Origin: Octopus sinensis
Taxonomy: Eukaryota
Assembly: GCF_006345805.1 (NCBI RefSeq)
Contig: NC_043003.1
Location: 41,044,001 to 41,108,000, forward strand
Length of the DNA: 64,000 bases
Direction: 5' to 3'
Part shown: positions 28,417 through 40,595 of the stretch, piece after piece
Layout: every line of letters begins with the position of its first letter
How positions within the stretch are numbered: the first letter of the stretch is position 1
The notes under the pieces: model-generated
Told to the model about the DNA's origin: nothing
Seen by the model: the letters and a program-made list of their open reading frames with translations, nothing else
The model's database searches: none
Translations under genes and position numbers: made by a program

Positions 28417-28453
<37 letters not shown>

Positions 28454-28766
28454 GCAGGTGATAAAAGAAGACTCTTTAATATTTAAATAACGTAATAACA
28501 TGTATATTTACTCTGACACCTAATTGTTTTTAATTATTTTTAATACTTCATTTGGGATTTTGCTGCTAATATATTTTCATTTCCGCATTGTTTTTATATA
28601 TATATTTCAGTATAATTTGAAGCACGAATGTTGAGAGCATATATATATACATACACACACACACACACATTTATATATAATATATATATATATATACACG
28701 CTTGTTACTGTATAGATATATATATATATATATATATAATATATATATATATACATACACACACAC

Positions 28767-28837
<71 letters not shown>

Positions 28838-29974
28838 CATGCGTATTTGTGTGTATATGCGTTAATATATATTATTTATGTCTCGTATACACTGGTTTAT
28901 GTATATACAATTGTCTGAATGCTTGTATCCGGTTGTGCTTAATGGTAGATGTCATATGGGAATTGTGCAGACAATTGAAATTAATTACTTCCATTATTTA
29001 ATTCTTAATTGTTAATGAAATTATTAATCTAATTATGGAAAATGTAACAGAAGCATTTATTCATAATTAATATGCATAATATACCCACATCCCAACATAT
29101 AGCAATCGGAATCAACAAATTTATGAGAAAAATTAAAGTAATACACATGAATGACTTCTTTCTATATGACAATTACAAATAACTTTCGATAAAAGTTATA
29201 CCGAAACTAACACTACTTAATTATATAATTAACCATGCAAATACTACGCTGAATTACTAAGTCATTGTAATTATTAAAAATATAAATATACTCTTGATGA
29301 CCATTTGTCTTAAGTTTTATGATGTGGGTGGATATAATGATTTTATTTAACAGCATAATGCCGGCAATTTGAAGCGAAGTGTGAATTATATCAATCCCAG
29401 TACTTGACTGATATTTTCAGTGATAAATTGGAAATCTGACGAACGCAAGATTTCAAATCGGAACGTAAATTATAGAAATAAATGTGACAAATTATTTTGC
29501 TTGACGTTCAAATGATTCTGCTCTATGTTGTCAGTTTCATATGTTCTATATTGTATCCCTGTACATTTTATATTCCCTACTATCTCTGCAACTATCTAAA
29601 TACGTATCACTATTATACGAGTTCGTATTGAATTGCTATGTCGACTCAATCTGTACATTATTGAGGTAAGTTATACTCAGTCACCTATCATTATTACTTC
29701 AGATATATATATATATATATATATGGTAAAATACCATAGTAATATTTTATTCTACGATTTGAAGCGACAATTTTTAAATACAAACTTCTTGGACAAAAAT
29801 AAATAAACATGAAAAACAAACCCTCACTGAATCTCCAAAAAGCAAATGCCTTACCTGGTAGTTGTGCTTCAGTTTTTAAATAATCCACAATTTTGGTATA
29901 CAGCGACGTGACTCTTAGCAACCTACATACCACATAGCAATTCCTGCGCCTATTTGTATATATATAAATATATA

Positions 29975-30130
29975 TACGACGAGCTCCTTCCAGTATCCAT
30001 CTACGAAATTGACTCACAAAGCATTGTTGGCCCGAGACAATAGTAGAAGACACTTGCCCAAGGTACCATGCAGTGGGACTGAACCCAAAACCATGTGGTT
30101 CGGAAGGAAGCCTTTTACCACACAGCCACA
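29975..30130 (-). mobile_element. tRNA-SINE head with CORE-like CCTTGGGCAAG
   Basis: Minus strand gtggctgtgtggtaa..ggttcagtcccactgcatggtaccttgggcaagtgtcttctact. Confidence 0.8.
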
Positions 30131-31402
30131 GTCTGAAAAATGATGAGTTAACCCTAGCCAGAATCCAACCCACAGATCAACGCAAACATGGCTCCTTGCA
30201 CATCCGATTGGGCCAAATGTTCAGCTATCTATTTCAGCTAATATATGAGTCTTCCATAGTGGCTCCGTAACTTAGAAAACCTTTCGCGTTTATTTACAAA
30301 TATCTTACATGTAGGTATATATATATATGTGTGTAAAAGAACGCTACAGACGACAATAAAACATCCGGACAGGTAAACGATACTAAGACGGACAGAAAAA
30401 GCAACAATAAAAGAAGATGAAAAACAAGGATGGGTCATTCGTAGCCTTCCCTTATCAGTCAAGTTTACAGATCATCCTTACAGTTTCATCCAGTTACACT
30501 TGAGACTTTTCAAATATGACTGGCCCCATAAATCTAAGCTAAGAGCATTAAATTTTGGCGGAGAAGGCAAGCGTATGTGCACGACAAGAAAGACAAAATA
30601 AAACGGAGAAAATGTTACACAATTACAAATGCAAACACCAAGAAAATAACAAGTGTCTTTTGACCAATAAAGACGAATCGATTTGAGCTGGCGTGTGTAG
30701 AGTGAAAGCATTGAAGCAGGAACTTAGGAGATGAACATAAGAGATGAAATTCAGGAGACAGGAATATGAGATGCTATGTGACCGGCAGTCGAGCCAGGAA
30801 ATAAAGATCATACTTGGCCTAACACAGGTCACGTGGAAGGAGAGGAAAGAGGTAGGGGCAGAAGGTATGAAGAATTAGGGGAAGAACGAGAAAGAGGAAA
30901 TCAAAGAGACATAGAGAAAAGTTCAAGGGATATAAAAGAGGAGGGAAAGAAGGGAGATTAATGAAAGAGGAGGCCAAGAAAGGTGAGAGAGGGGGGGAGA
31001 GAAAAAGAAAAGAGGAAAGAAAGAATAAAGTATGAGGGGTACTACAAGAAAGTGTAAAAGAGTCGTAGAGAATTTAAATACATACTTACAAGGTGAGCCA
31101 AAGTGTACGTACGTAGCTAAACAAGCCTGTCAATATAAATATTCTCCTGAATTGAACTGAGACTGCCAGCCGCCACTGACCATTCAAAATACGACCATCA
31201 GGGCACTCCCAGATTCTCCCAACCCCCTTTCCTCACCAGCCTTCCCTCTACTACCCTACCAAGAACTCACAACTACCTCGAACACACAAGTGCAAACAAG
31301 GGAGTCAGAGAAAGGCAGAATGCCACTTAAATCTGAACACTACTATAGAAATATTCTTTTAAAAAAACTTTTCTTCTAATTTTTCTAAATTTAATTATTA
31401 AT

Positions 31403-31450
31403 CGTTACAGTTGAAAAGGTCTCAAAATGACCGAAACCGGTACTGAAATG
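31403..31450 (+). ncRNA. Minimal type I hammerhead ribozyme, U3-A8 variant, at a PLE 3' end
   Basis: CGTTACAG-TTGAAAA-GGTC-TCAAAAT-GACC-GAAA-CCGG-TA-CTGAAATG; upstream KYSPELN* (~31137-31161) resembles a PLE ORF terminus. Confidence 0.8.
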
Positions 31451-31567
31451 TTCACTATAAAATTATTTTAGCATTTTCTATTTTTTACTTGTTTTTTCAT
31501 ATATATATATATTATATATATATATATGTCCCAAAAATGGAACAAGAATACAACAGGCGACAATAAG

Positions 31568-31645
<78 letters not shown>

Positions 31646-31692
31646 CATATATATGCATGCATGTATGTATGTATGTATGTATAGATAGATAA

Positions 31693-31752
<60 letters not shown>

Positions 31753-31822
31753 AAACAGTAAGACAACAACAGAAAGAAAGAGACCACGATATTATGTAAA
31801 TAGAGGCATTTTCCGATGGCCG

Positions 31823-31883
31823 GATAACTGAAGAGATGGCGGCGTGGATTTCCACCTCGGCATCCGAAACTCGGCGTTTTATC
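31823..31883 (+). ncRNA. Type I hammerhead ribozyme motif with a long stem II
   Basis: GATAA-CTGAAGA-GATG..GTGGA-TT-TCCAC..CATC-C-GAAA-CTCGGCG-TT-TTATC in a ~170 bp insert between (GATA)n and (TA)/(CA)n. Confidence 0.7.
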
Positions 31884-31939
31884 ATGGCTACCGAATAATA
31901 GTCAAATATTACATTTACAGGTATATATATATATACAGA

Positions 31940-32034
<95 letters not shown>

Positions 32035-32992
32035 GTATCAATCGCAGCTAAGTACTTTATCCCGAATTTCGTAAAATCATGTTGCAATGTTGACTTTTTC
32101 CTTTTATATAAAGAGTACAACAATTGTTATGATTTACTGGATCGAGCAGATGTAAATTGAATGTTATTATTTTATGCAGATCTAGTCCCGTTTTGGTCTG
32201 TACTTAAGGAATTCAACAATCAGAATCTGGTGTGACAACGGGAAACGGAGTATGCAGATCGATTTAGACCGAGAAACGTTCCACTAAATTCCAATGAGTT
32301 TCGACTCTCAAATTTCGATCAAAGAGAATTTAGTATTCCTCCACATTAAACAGAAAGAACTTGGCAGAGCGGATTAAGCGTGGGATAGAACATGTAGACA
32401 GAGAGTTGCGAAGCGATCATTTTCACTATGTATATCCACAATTGCTAATTTCAAAACAAATGTTATACTTAAGATGATTTATATTCATAATTTCCGTTTA
32501 TTCGTTGAGTTATCTAAAAGAGACAGAAACATGTAAAATAAAGCAAAATAATAAATTAATATTGTTTTGATCGATCCAGCTACGTATTAGAAAATGGAAA
32601 AAGAAGAAAATTAAATTAGAATTTTATAAATAATGTGTTTTGATTTCAATTTTAAATTGTATCGTTTAATTTTTAGGAAGAAATGTATATTTCTATGAAC
32701 AAATTAAAACATAGACTGACTTCTAATGGTATATGAACTACTCCATTGTTAAATTCGGTGCTTTCTGTTTTTTATCAAGTCTTCTCCCACTTCCTTTAAA
32801 CTTAATATCCCTGTCTCTGTATGAGACGTATTAATCGTCGCTGCGCTCCTTGATTTTTTTCTTTCAATCATTCCCCTCATCTTTGCTTCTGCATGCTTAC
32901 ATTCATACAGAAATACATACGTACCTATTTACGCATATATATGTATAAATATGCATATGTATACATATATATGTATACATATATATGTGTGC

Positions 32993-33023
<31 letters not shown>

Positions 33024-33329
33024 GGGTGGGGGTGGGGGTGGGGGGTGTTTATAAATATATATATATATATATATGTGTGTAGCTATCTATCTATATAACT
33101 CTGTGTGTGTGTAGTTTTAATATACTTAGAGTTTGTATGAAAATTTATCACCGTTACTTCAGCAGTTTCATGATTTTCGAAATTAATATGAAGTGTAAGA
33201 ATCTGGAGTTATGCCATAATTGTCTCGACTCTCATAAAAAACTATTATTATTAAAGAAGAGAAGACTGAGCCTAATATGTGCCTATATACATATACATAC
33301 ATTCATGTGTGTGTGTGTGTGTGTGTGTG

Positions 33330-33918
33330 TAGCAAATCCGCCACCCACAATAGAGACAGTTAAAGGTGAGTGAACACATAGAAAGGTGTGCCAGGAATCT
33401 TAATCCCAATTTCCAAAACTTCCCCTTCTATCAATGTTCACAGAACACCACAATGCAACAAAGGTTGAATAAAGAGGCATTTTTCATCAATAAATATCTC
33501 CCCCAACTAAATATGAACACACAACTCAATACAGAACACCACTAACCCTTCAATTTAAACAACTAACCCCTATACACTCCCTACACCATTCACATTTCTA
33601 AATCCAGAACTACTTACTCCCTTACAAATAATCTTTTTTTTCTCAGGAACTATTAGACATGACACCGTGTATTAGACGGTGTATACAAAGCAATGAATAG
33701 CTTTGCGGAAACCATGGTATGCTTTGTTTTCTGACGTTATAATCATCTCATAATAATGACTTTTATTACTACCTCAGTCCATCTAAATGTATATATTTGT
33801 CGTTACCTTTCATAAAAAAAAACTTTTTTTATTTACAATGTGAATTTTCGTTGATTTTTTCATATTTTACCCTTACATTTCCACGTGTAGTTTATATTTT
33901 CTTTTTCAAGCATATTTC

Positions 33919-33930
<12 letters not shown>
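33330..33930 (+). mobile_element. 3' end of a Penelope-like element (GIY-YIG C-terminus + HHR)
   Basis: QIRHPQ*RQLKVSEHIERCARNLNPNFQNFPFYQC..RLNKEAFFINKYLPQLN, homologous to the C-terminus of the 15586-16885 element. Confidence 0.85.
33685..33727 (+). ncRNA. Minimal type I hammerhead ribozyme, A3-U8 variant
   Basis: ACAAAGCA-ATGAATA-GC-TTT-GC-G-GAAA-CCATGG-TA-TGCTTTGT: perfect 8-bp stem I, palindromic CCATGG, GUA site; one extra G before GAAA. Confidence 0.75.
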
Positions 33931-33952
<22 letters not shown>

Positions 33953-33957
33953 GTGGG

Positions 33958-34250
33958 GGGTGCAATGGCCCAGTGGTTAGGGAAGCGGTCTCGCGGTTTC
34001 GATTCCCAGACAGGGCGTTGTGAGTTTTTATTGAGCGAAAACACCTAAATCTCCACGAGGCTCCGGCAGGGGATGGTGGCGATCCCTGCTGAACTCTTTC
34101 GACACAACGTCTCTCACTTTTTTCTTTTCTTGGCCTGCTCGCCTAGCCAGCGGGGTGGCGTCATTTGAAGCCTAAAACAATGCGAAGCACATTATGACCA
34201 GCGATGTCTAGCAACATCTGATAGCCAGGTCTGCCACGGTGATCACGGTG
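33958..34250 (+). mobile_element. tRNA-derived SINE
   Basis: A-box tggcccagtgg, B-box gtttcgattcc; ends in cacggtgat x2 and (TA)n. Confidence 0.75.
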
Positions 34251-34740
34251 ATATATATATATATATATATATATTTCTAAATACCCATGGTCAATATAAT
34301 TCAGTTCAATTCAGATATATATTCTTATAAGTAACCTCCCGAAACCTGTGTATTTAGTTTGAATAGTTATCCTAAACGGAGACGAGTACCAAAGTTTAAA
34401 ACTGGTTCGCTTGGACAACTGAGGAGATCTCTTCTATTGAAATCCATTGGTTACTTTCTTAATCCGCAAAAAAATTTAAATTATTCACTTATATCTTATT
34501 GAACTCTCCTTCTCATTGTTGAATACTACCGTATGTTTCAAACTGAAGGATTATTCAATACATTTGGTAAGGTACAAATTTATTATTGCTTATCAAGAAC
34601 AGTGCTGACGGTGCCTTAGGCCAGCTAAATCGTCATCGGAGAGCTTTCAGTCGAAGACTTATATGCCCTATTATTAGACTATTTTCATTAGTTAATTGGC
34701 GGTGATCGCTATAAGCTGTAAGCTTATAAAATACTATTAT

Positions 34741-34770
<30 letters not shown>

Positions 34771-34775
<5 letters not shown>

Positions 34776-35606
34776 CAGGGCAAGACTGCTAGGTAGTCGG
34801 CCGTATGCTAGAAATAGATCATCAACGATCAAACTAGAGCCAAGACATTTGAAATTTTATCCCTAATGTAATCGGTAAATTTAAGCACGTGTCTGTCTTG
34901 GCACAGAAAGCTGGGGTTAGTTTTTTCAGATTGCATTTACACTGAACGAATGCACTGATGAAGCCACGGACATTTGAATTATGTAAGTAATTCTTTTGTT
35001 AAAGGCCGAAATCGAGGTATGCATTTAATTCTGTTTTTTATATAAATTTTCATCTGTCCTGCCAGCCAAATTTGGTTCTGGTGTTCGCTGAATTTTTCCT
35101 CTAGAGAATTTCCTTTGTAGTTTGATCGTTGATGATCTATTTCTAGCATACGGCCGACTACCTAGCAGTCTTGCCCTGCCAATATACACATATATTAGAA
35201 TTTACTCTGACTTCTCAGATTTTTTGTATGCTAGGCTACTGGTTTTAAATTGATATTGAAATTAATATTAATTTATCTCCCTCATTATTTAAATATTGAA
35301 ATAAATACGTTCTCTAGTAGTAAGCACTAACCGCAGTGAATTATTTACTGCAGTCCTTCGCTTCAGGAATTTCTTAGCGGGCCAGAGCCAAGACATTTGA
35401 AATTTTATCCCTAATGTAATCGGTAAAACTAAGCACGTGTCTGTCTTGGCACAGAAAGCTGGGGTTAGTTTTTCAGATTGCATTTAGCAGTCTTGCCCTG
35501 CCAATATACACATATAGAATTTTCTCTGACTTCTCAGATTTTTTGTATGCTAGACTACTGGTTTTAAGTTGATATTAAAATTAATATTAATTTATCTCCC
35601 TCATTA
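34771..35606 (+). mobile_element. Non-coding HHR-bearing element with a 66-bp perfect inverted repeat and a partial tandem duplication
   Basis: IR 34771-34836 / 35118-35183; direct repeats 34836-34939 = 35384-35486 and 35163-35287 = 35485-35606; flanked by (TA)n. Confidence 0.85.
34949..35025 (+). ncRNA. Type I hammerhead ribozyme motif (canonical CUGAUGA)
   Basis: AATGCA-CTGATGA-AGCC..(gaatta/taattc hairpin)..GGCC-GAAA-TCGAGG-TA-TGCATT; 6-bp stem I, GUA site; A.C mismatch at the base of stem II. Confidence 0.75.
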
Positions 35607-38174
35607 TATATATATATATATATACACCTATACACAAACACGCACATCCCACATCACGAACACGCTCCTCAACATCCATACGTTTTACTATCGAATTTAT
35701 TATTATTATTATTATTTTATATATATATATATATATATATATTCTTAGTTTCGGTCCAAGAATCGCGGCCACAATCAGATACATATAAACTCTTTCTCGT
35801 TGTTGCTCATAGTTTCTGTTTCCTTTTCCTTTTTTATATACTATTTTATTTCTCTCTAGCTTCCGTAATTTTTACCACTTTTTCTGTTGTTTCTATCGCT
35901 TCCCACATTCTAACATGTCTATCATCTCTACTTTCCTGCACCAACTGCATTTCTCCTCTCAAACTATTCTTTGTCTCTTACGTTCTTTCTATTCCAAATT
36001 ATGCCTCGGCTTCACTTGTCTTCTGTCCTCTAAAACATGTTACTGCAGTCACACCCCCTTCATCGGTCACTGCCTGCTATTCCATCTCATTTCCCATGGT
36101 TTTCGATTCGACTTCCATTACATTTTCTCTACTAAAACTTTCCATTAAACCCATTCCCTTCTCCTAAATCCACATGCCTATCACACTCCGTTCTGCTTTT
36201 CCAAAAGCACCTTCAACTAGTTCCATTACTTGCATCTTCCTCCTGGTTCGTCCTCTTGTCATTTACCACCTGAATTGTCAAATTTGCCATTTCATCGCCT
36301 CCATTACGCTTCGCGAACTGAAACCCACCCCATCCTTCTTGCAGTCCCAAGTAACATCTACCATCAACGCCACTCCATTTCTCCTACCCTCCCTTGTCCC
36401 TCCCACTATTCCCGCCCTTGTACTTCTTACAATTTACTAATCCGTTTGTCTGTCCTTGTTTGTCCCCTCTGTACTTCTTACAATTTCCTTAGTCCCCTTT
36501 TCCAACTCATATTTTTGTCCCATTTCTATGCCAAAGTAAAATTTGAAGCCAACCACATTCCTTCCCCCTTTCAATATTACCTTCATTTAAGCGAGTCCAC
36601 AACCTCTGTAACAGTTCTTAACTTTTCCTTCTTTTTAACCTTGTCATCCTCCCGCTTTGCTACTTTTTTCGTTGCCATACCTTTCTTTATCTCTCAAACA
36701 CCCATGTATCTCTAGTGACCTGACAAATGCGCTCCTATTTTGCCCTCTCTAATTTTATATCTAATGGATTATAGGTTCGAAAGCAGCTCAGAAACATCCG
36801 ACTCGGCAACGGGTTTCCAGTCTCAGAACACTTTCACGCCACTGATCAATTCTCTGACGTGTCCAGGTTGTTGGAGCGGCTGCTCTCACTCCGTTCTCCC
36901 AGCACTCGCCTCCAGATGGAACAGCTTATGATATCTTCGAACATATACATTTAATCTGAAATTTCAAACTTTTCTTCCTCTTCCACTCCAAAGTTATACA
37001 CATTTTTCGTTGATCACCCCGCCTTCTCTTAAGCCGATCTCTTGCCGCCCATTGACACTCCCACCTCCCTCACTACCTTCCAACCGATCCATATAATCTG
37101 ATAACATTAACAAAGTTTCATCATACACAACTCCCTCACCGCATCTTCACACCTTTTATATATACACGCGCCTTTAATCTCTTCTACCCTATTGCCTCGT
37201 TGATGTAACATTCACAGACACATACCAACACAACTTCGTGCTGACATACACACACACATCTCTTCACATACCCCACTTCTGCAAATTTAGACTTACACTC
37301 ATGGCCATGCATCCAACATGTCGTCTGCCCAAAATTATTTCCCACTCACACACATACTCTCGCACACATAGTTTCTCATTCACATACTTTTTTTCTTCCC
37401 TCCCTAACTCTTTGCTTGTCGATTGTGTTTCACACCTTTGCCACCAACATTTAAACTTTCTATCACATGTGCACACTCACAATCACACACAAGCGCGCGT
37501 ACTCACACATACACATACACGCACGCACGCGTACACACACACATATCACACAAATACATGTACACGCTTAGAGGCCAGCAAAAGGAACTGATAGAATAAG
37601 CAGCGGGTTTATAAAGATATCCATAATTACGAGGCAGGGACAATTTCTTCGACGAAAACCCTTGAAGTAGGTGACCTAACAAGGTTGTAGTCGAATGATT
37701 GAAACAAGTAACCGCTAAAAGATAAATGATAATCAATATTCCAATTAAATTCATGATTTCTTAAAACTACCTTCGTTTCTATAGAATGAAGGCAACCACC
37801 TAACTCTCATTGCAACAGTCTTTCACATAGAGTGAAAGTTAATCTGGGGGAATTTGCAATCCTCCGGTGTTTTTTAGACAAGAGGGTGATTCTACATCTA
37901 TGGGCTCTCAGTATGCTCTTTTAACAATTTGCTTTTAATTTCGTCCATTATATTACTGCAATTGTTGCGCTGCTTTCTTGCCGAGTTTGGAGTCTGACGG
38001 AACACATGAAAATAATAAAAGTGATTAAGCCAGGGCCAGTTTTGTATAACTAGAAGTGCGTTATCTAATGCTTATTTATCTTTTGTAGAAGACGTGTTCC
38101 ATTTGAGAGACATTTCAGTTATTTCGTGATGGCTGAACGACAAAATAGAATAACTCTCTCTCTCTCTCTCTTAC

Positions 38175-38347
38175 ATTCAGGTTTGTTTTGTAGGCAGAAA
38201 TAGCATCGAGGAGAGAAATACAGGAATCAGCCATAGAATTACAAAAATAAACTTCGCTTTTTGTCGCGAAACCTGTTAGTGCTTTCTCCTTAATTTCTAC
38301 CACTTGGGAGACAAATACATTAATAGAGTAACACGCTGGACATATTA
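38175..38347 (-). CDS. Candidate internal coding exon of an unidentified host gene
   Basis: Pyrimidine tract + ttatatAG acceptor, open frame ICPACYSINVFVSQVVEIKEKALTGFATKSEVYFCNSMADSCISLLDAISAYKTNLN, donor AAT|GTAAGA. No homology recognised. Confidence 0.22.
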
Positions 38348-39087
38348 CTATATAACCAGCCAGGAAGAAGAAAATAAAAGGCAAACTTTGAAGCTGTTTA
38401 TAATTGGGTACCAATCAAATTTCGCACTAAAATAACTAGAATACAATTTCCAGGTCACTTGAATTGAACAGAGAAGATATTTTATCATGGGCTTTATATA
38501 TTTATTTATAATAATCATTTTACCTTTAATCTTTCTCATTTTATAATTTATTTATTTATTTACTTATTTATTTATTTATACCCTTATTTTTGCTGAATCT
38601 AAGTTTTATGCTTCGTAAAACCTGACTGATGGCTTTTATAAGATATCAAATCATATATAACTGTCGACTACTTAAATAAAACCCATTACTATATCCAACA
38701 TCACGAACACCAGTAATGCCAATATAGCTAAAATAACAACATCAACAACAACAAAAGCATGTGATTATCATCATCATTATAGAGAGTACAAAAATATATA
38801 TAAAAAACAAGGAAAACGTACTATAAGTAAAAGTCATCCAGTCATTTAGTTGATGTTAACATCTCTCCTTTCATTATATTTCCTCTGTTTGATGTCCACA
38901 CGTGGTGAGATTCGTTTGCGGTCAATGTTCAACAAAGGGGAAATAATACGTAGAAATAAAAACCGATACGGTGAGAATGGCAATTACATACACATATAAC
39001 GACACCTTCATATGTGTATAGAGGTGTCCTCGTATACACACACATACACGCGCACACACACACATATACACACATTTATATATATAT

Positions 39088-39119
<32 letters not shown>

Positions 39120-39178
39120 ATATATATATATATATATACATATATACACACACATATATTTACATATATACATACATT

Positions 39179-39209
<31 letters not shown>

Positions 39210-39261
39210 TTATATATATACATATATATACATATATATATATATGCATATATATATACAC

Positions 39262-39296
<35 letters not shown>

Positions 39297-39684
39297 CATA
39301 TATATACAATATATATATATATATATATACATTTATATATATATATATATACATAAATATATTTATAATCATATATGTACGTATATATAAATTGTTGCAT
39401 ACAATATATACAAAAACAGTACGCGTGCTTAAATTCGTACATGCACATATTCGTGCATTACGCATATACATATACACTTAGAAACATACATAAATACATG
39501 CAAGCATACTCACATGTATATCTGCCAATACCCCGTTCACATCAACCCCCATCTGTTACGCCTAAGCAGATGAAAGGGAAATTCTGGAAGAGATTATAAT
39601 TAGTGAAGTTGATTTCACTATACGGCTTTGCGTTTGACTGCGTGTCTGTATAATTACATGCTTGTTCATGTTCATATATATATA

Positions 39685-39730
<46 letters not shown>

Positions 39731-40268
39731 GTGTGTGTGTGTGTGTGTGTGTGTGTTTGTGTGTGTACATCAAACGGAAGCGAGTCAAGAGAAATAGCTC
39801 AGAATAGAGATACGCACGTGAATAACAATGACGAATTAGGGAATATTAAACAAATTAAGTAGTACACAATTTAAATTCGTAATCCTGTTCGTTTTTGTTA
39901 TTACAATACTACGCACTGGTCAATATGAATCGTTAATTTTTGTTTTATTTTCACTTTATTTATGTAAATTATCTGAGTCATTTGGTGGAGGCAAGGAAAG
40001 ATAACTGCTGTGCTGGAGACAACCGTTGAGGCAATCAATTCTGCTGATCACCTGAGTCTGTTTCGGAATATGCAATAGTAACAGGTTCATAAACCGCGTT
40101 TATCCCGGCATTGAAGAGAAGATAGTATACTGCAGGCATACGTTTATGTTTAGTTTTCACCACTAGAATATTTAGTTTATCTATATTTTAAATGCTCGGA
40201 GATATATAGTTGGTTGTTTTTGATGAACTGAGTATACGTCTGCGTGTGTATTTATAAATATTGTTTTG

Positions 40269-40500
40269 AAGGCGGCGAGCTGGCAGACACGTTAGCGCGC
40301 CGGGCGAAATGCTTAGGGGTATTTCGTCTGTCGTTACGTTCTGAGTTCAAATTCCGCCGAGGTCAACTTTACCTTTCATCCTTTCGGGGTTGATTAATAA
40401 AGTACCAGTTTCGCACTGGGGGCGATATAATCGACTCAATCCCTTCGTCTGTTCTTATTTGTCCCCTCTATGTTTAGCCCCTTGTGGGCAATGAAGAAAT
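40269..40500 (+). mobile_element. Full-length, well-preserved tRNA-SINE (same family as 13982)
   Basis: ggcggcgagctggcagacacgttagc..gagttcaaattccgccgaggtc..cctttcatcctttcggggttgat..agtaccag. Confidence 0.9.
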
Positions 40501-40595
40501 ATATAAATATTGTTTTGTTGTATTGATTCATTGTATTCAAAACTCGCCACACCTTTCTCGAAGTCCCAAGCCTCATAGGTTGTGCTGTTTACATA

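Noticed and set aside
35744-35783. Minus-strand CTGATTG..GACC-GAAA-CTAAG hammerhead-like string
   Set aside because: The core is broken, and the sequence matches the SINE tail ggccgc..gac.gaaac.ag.
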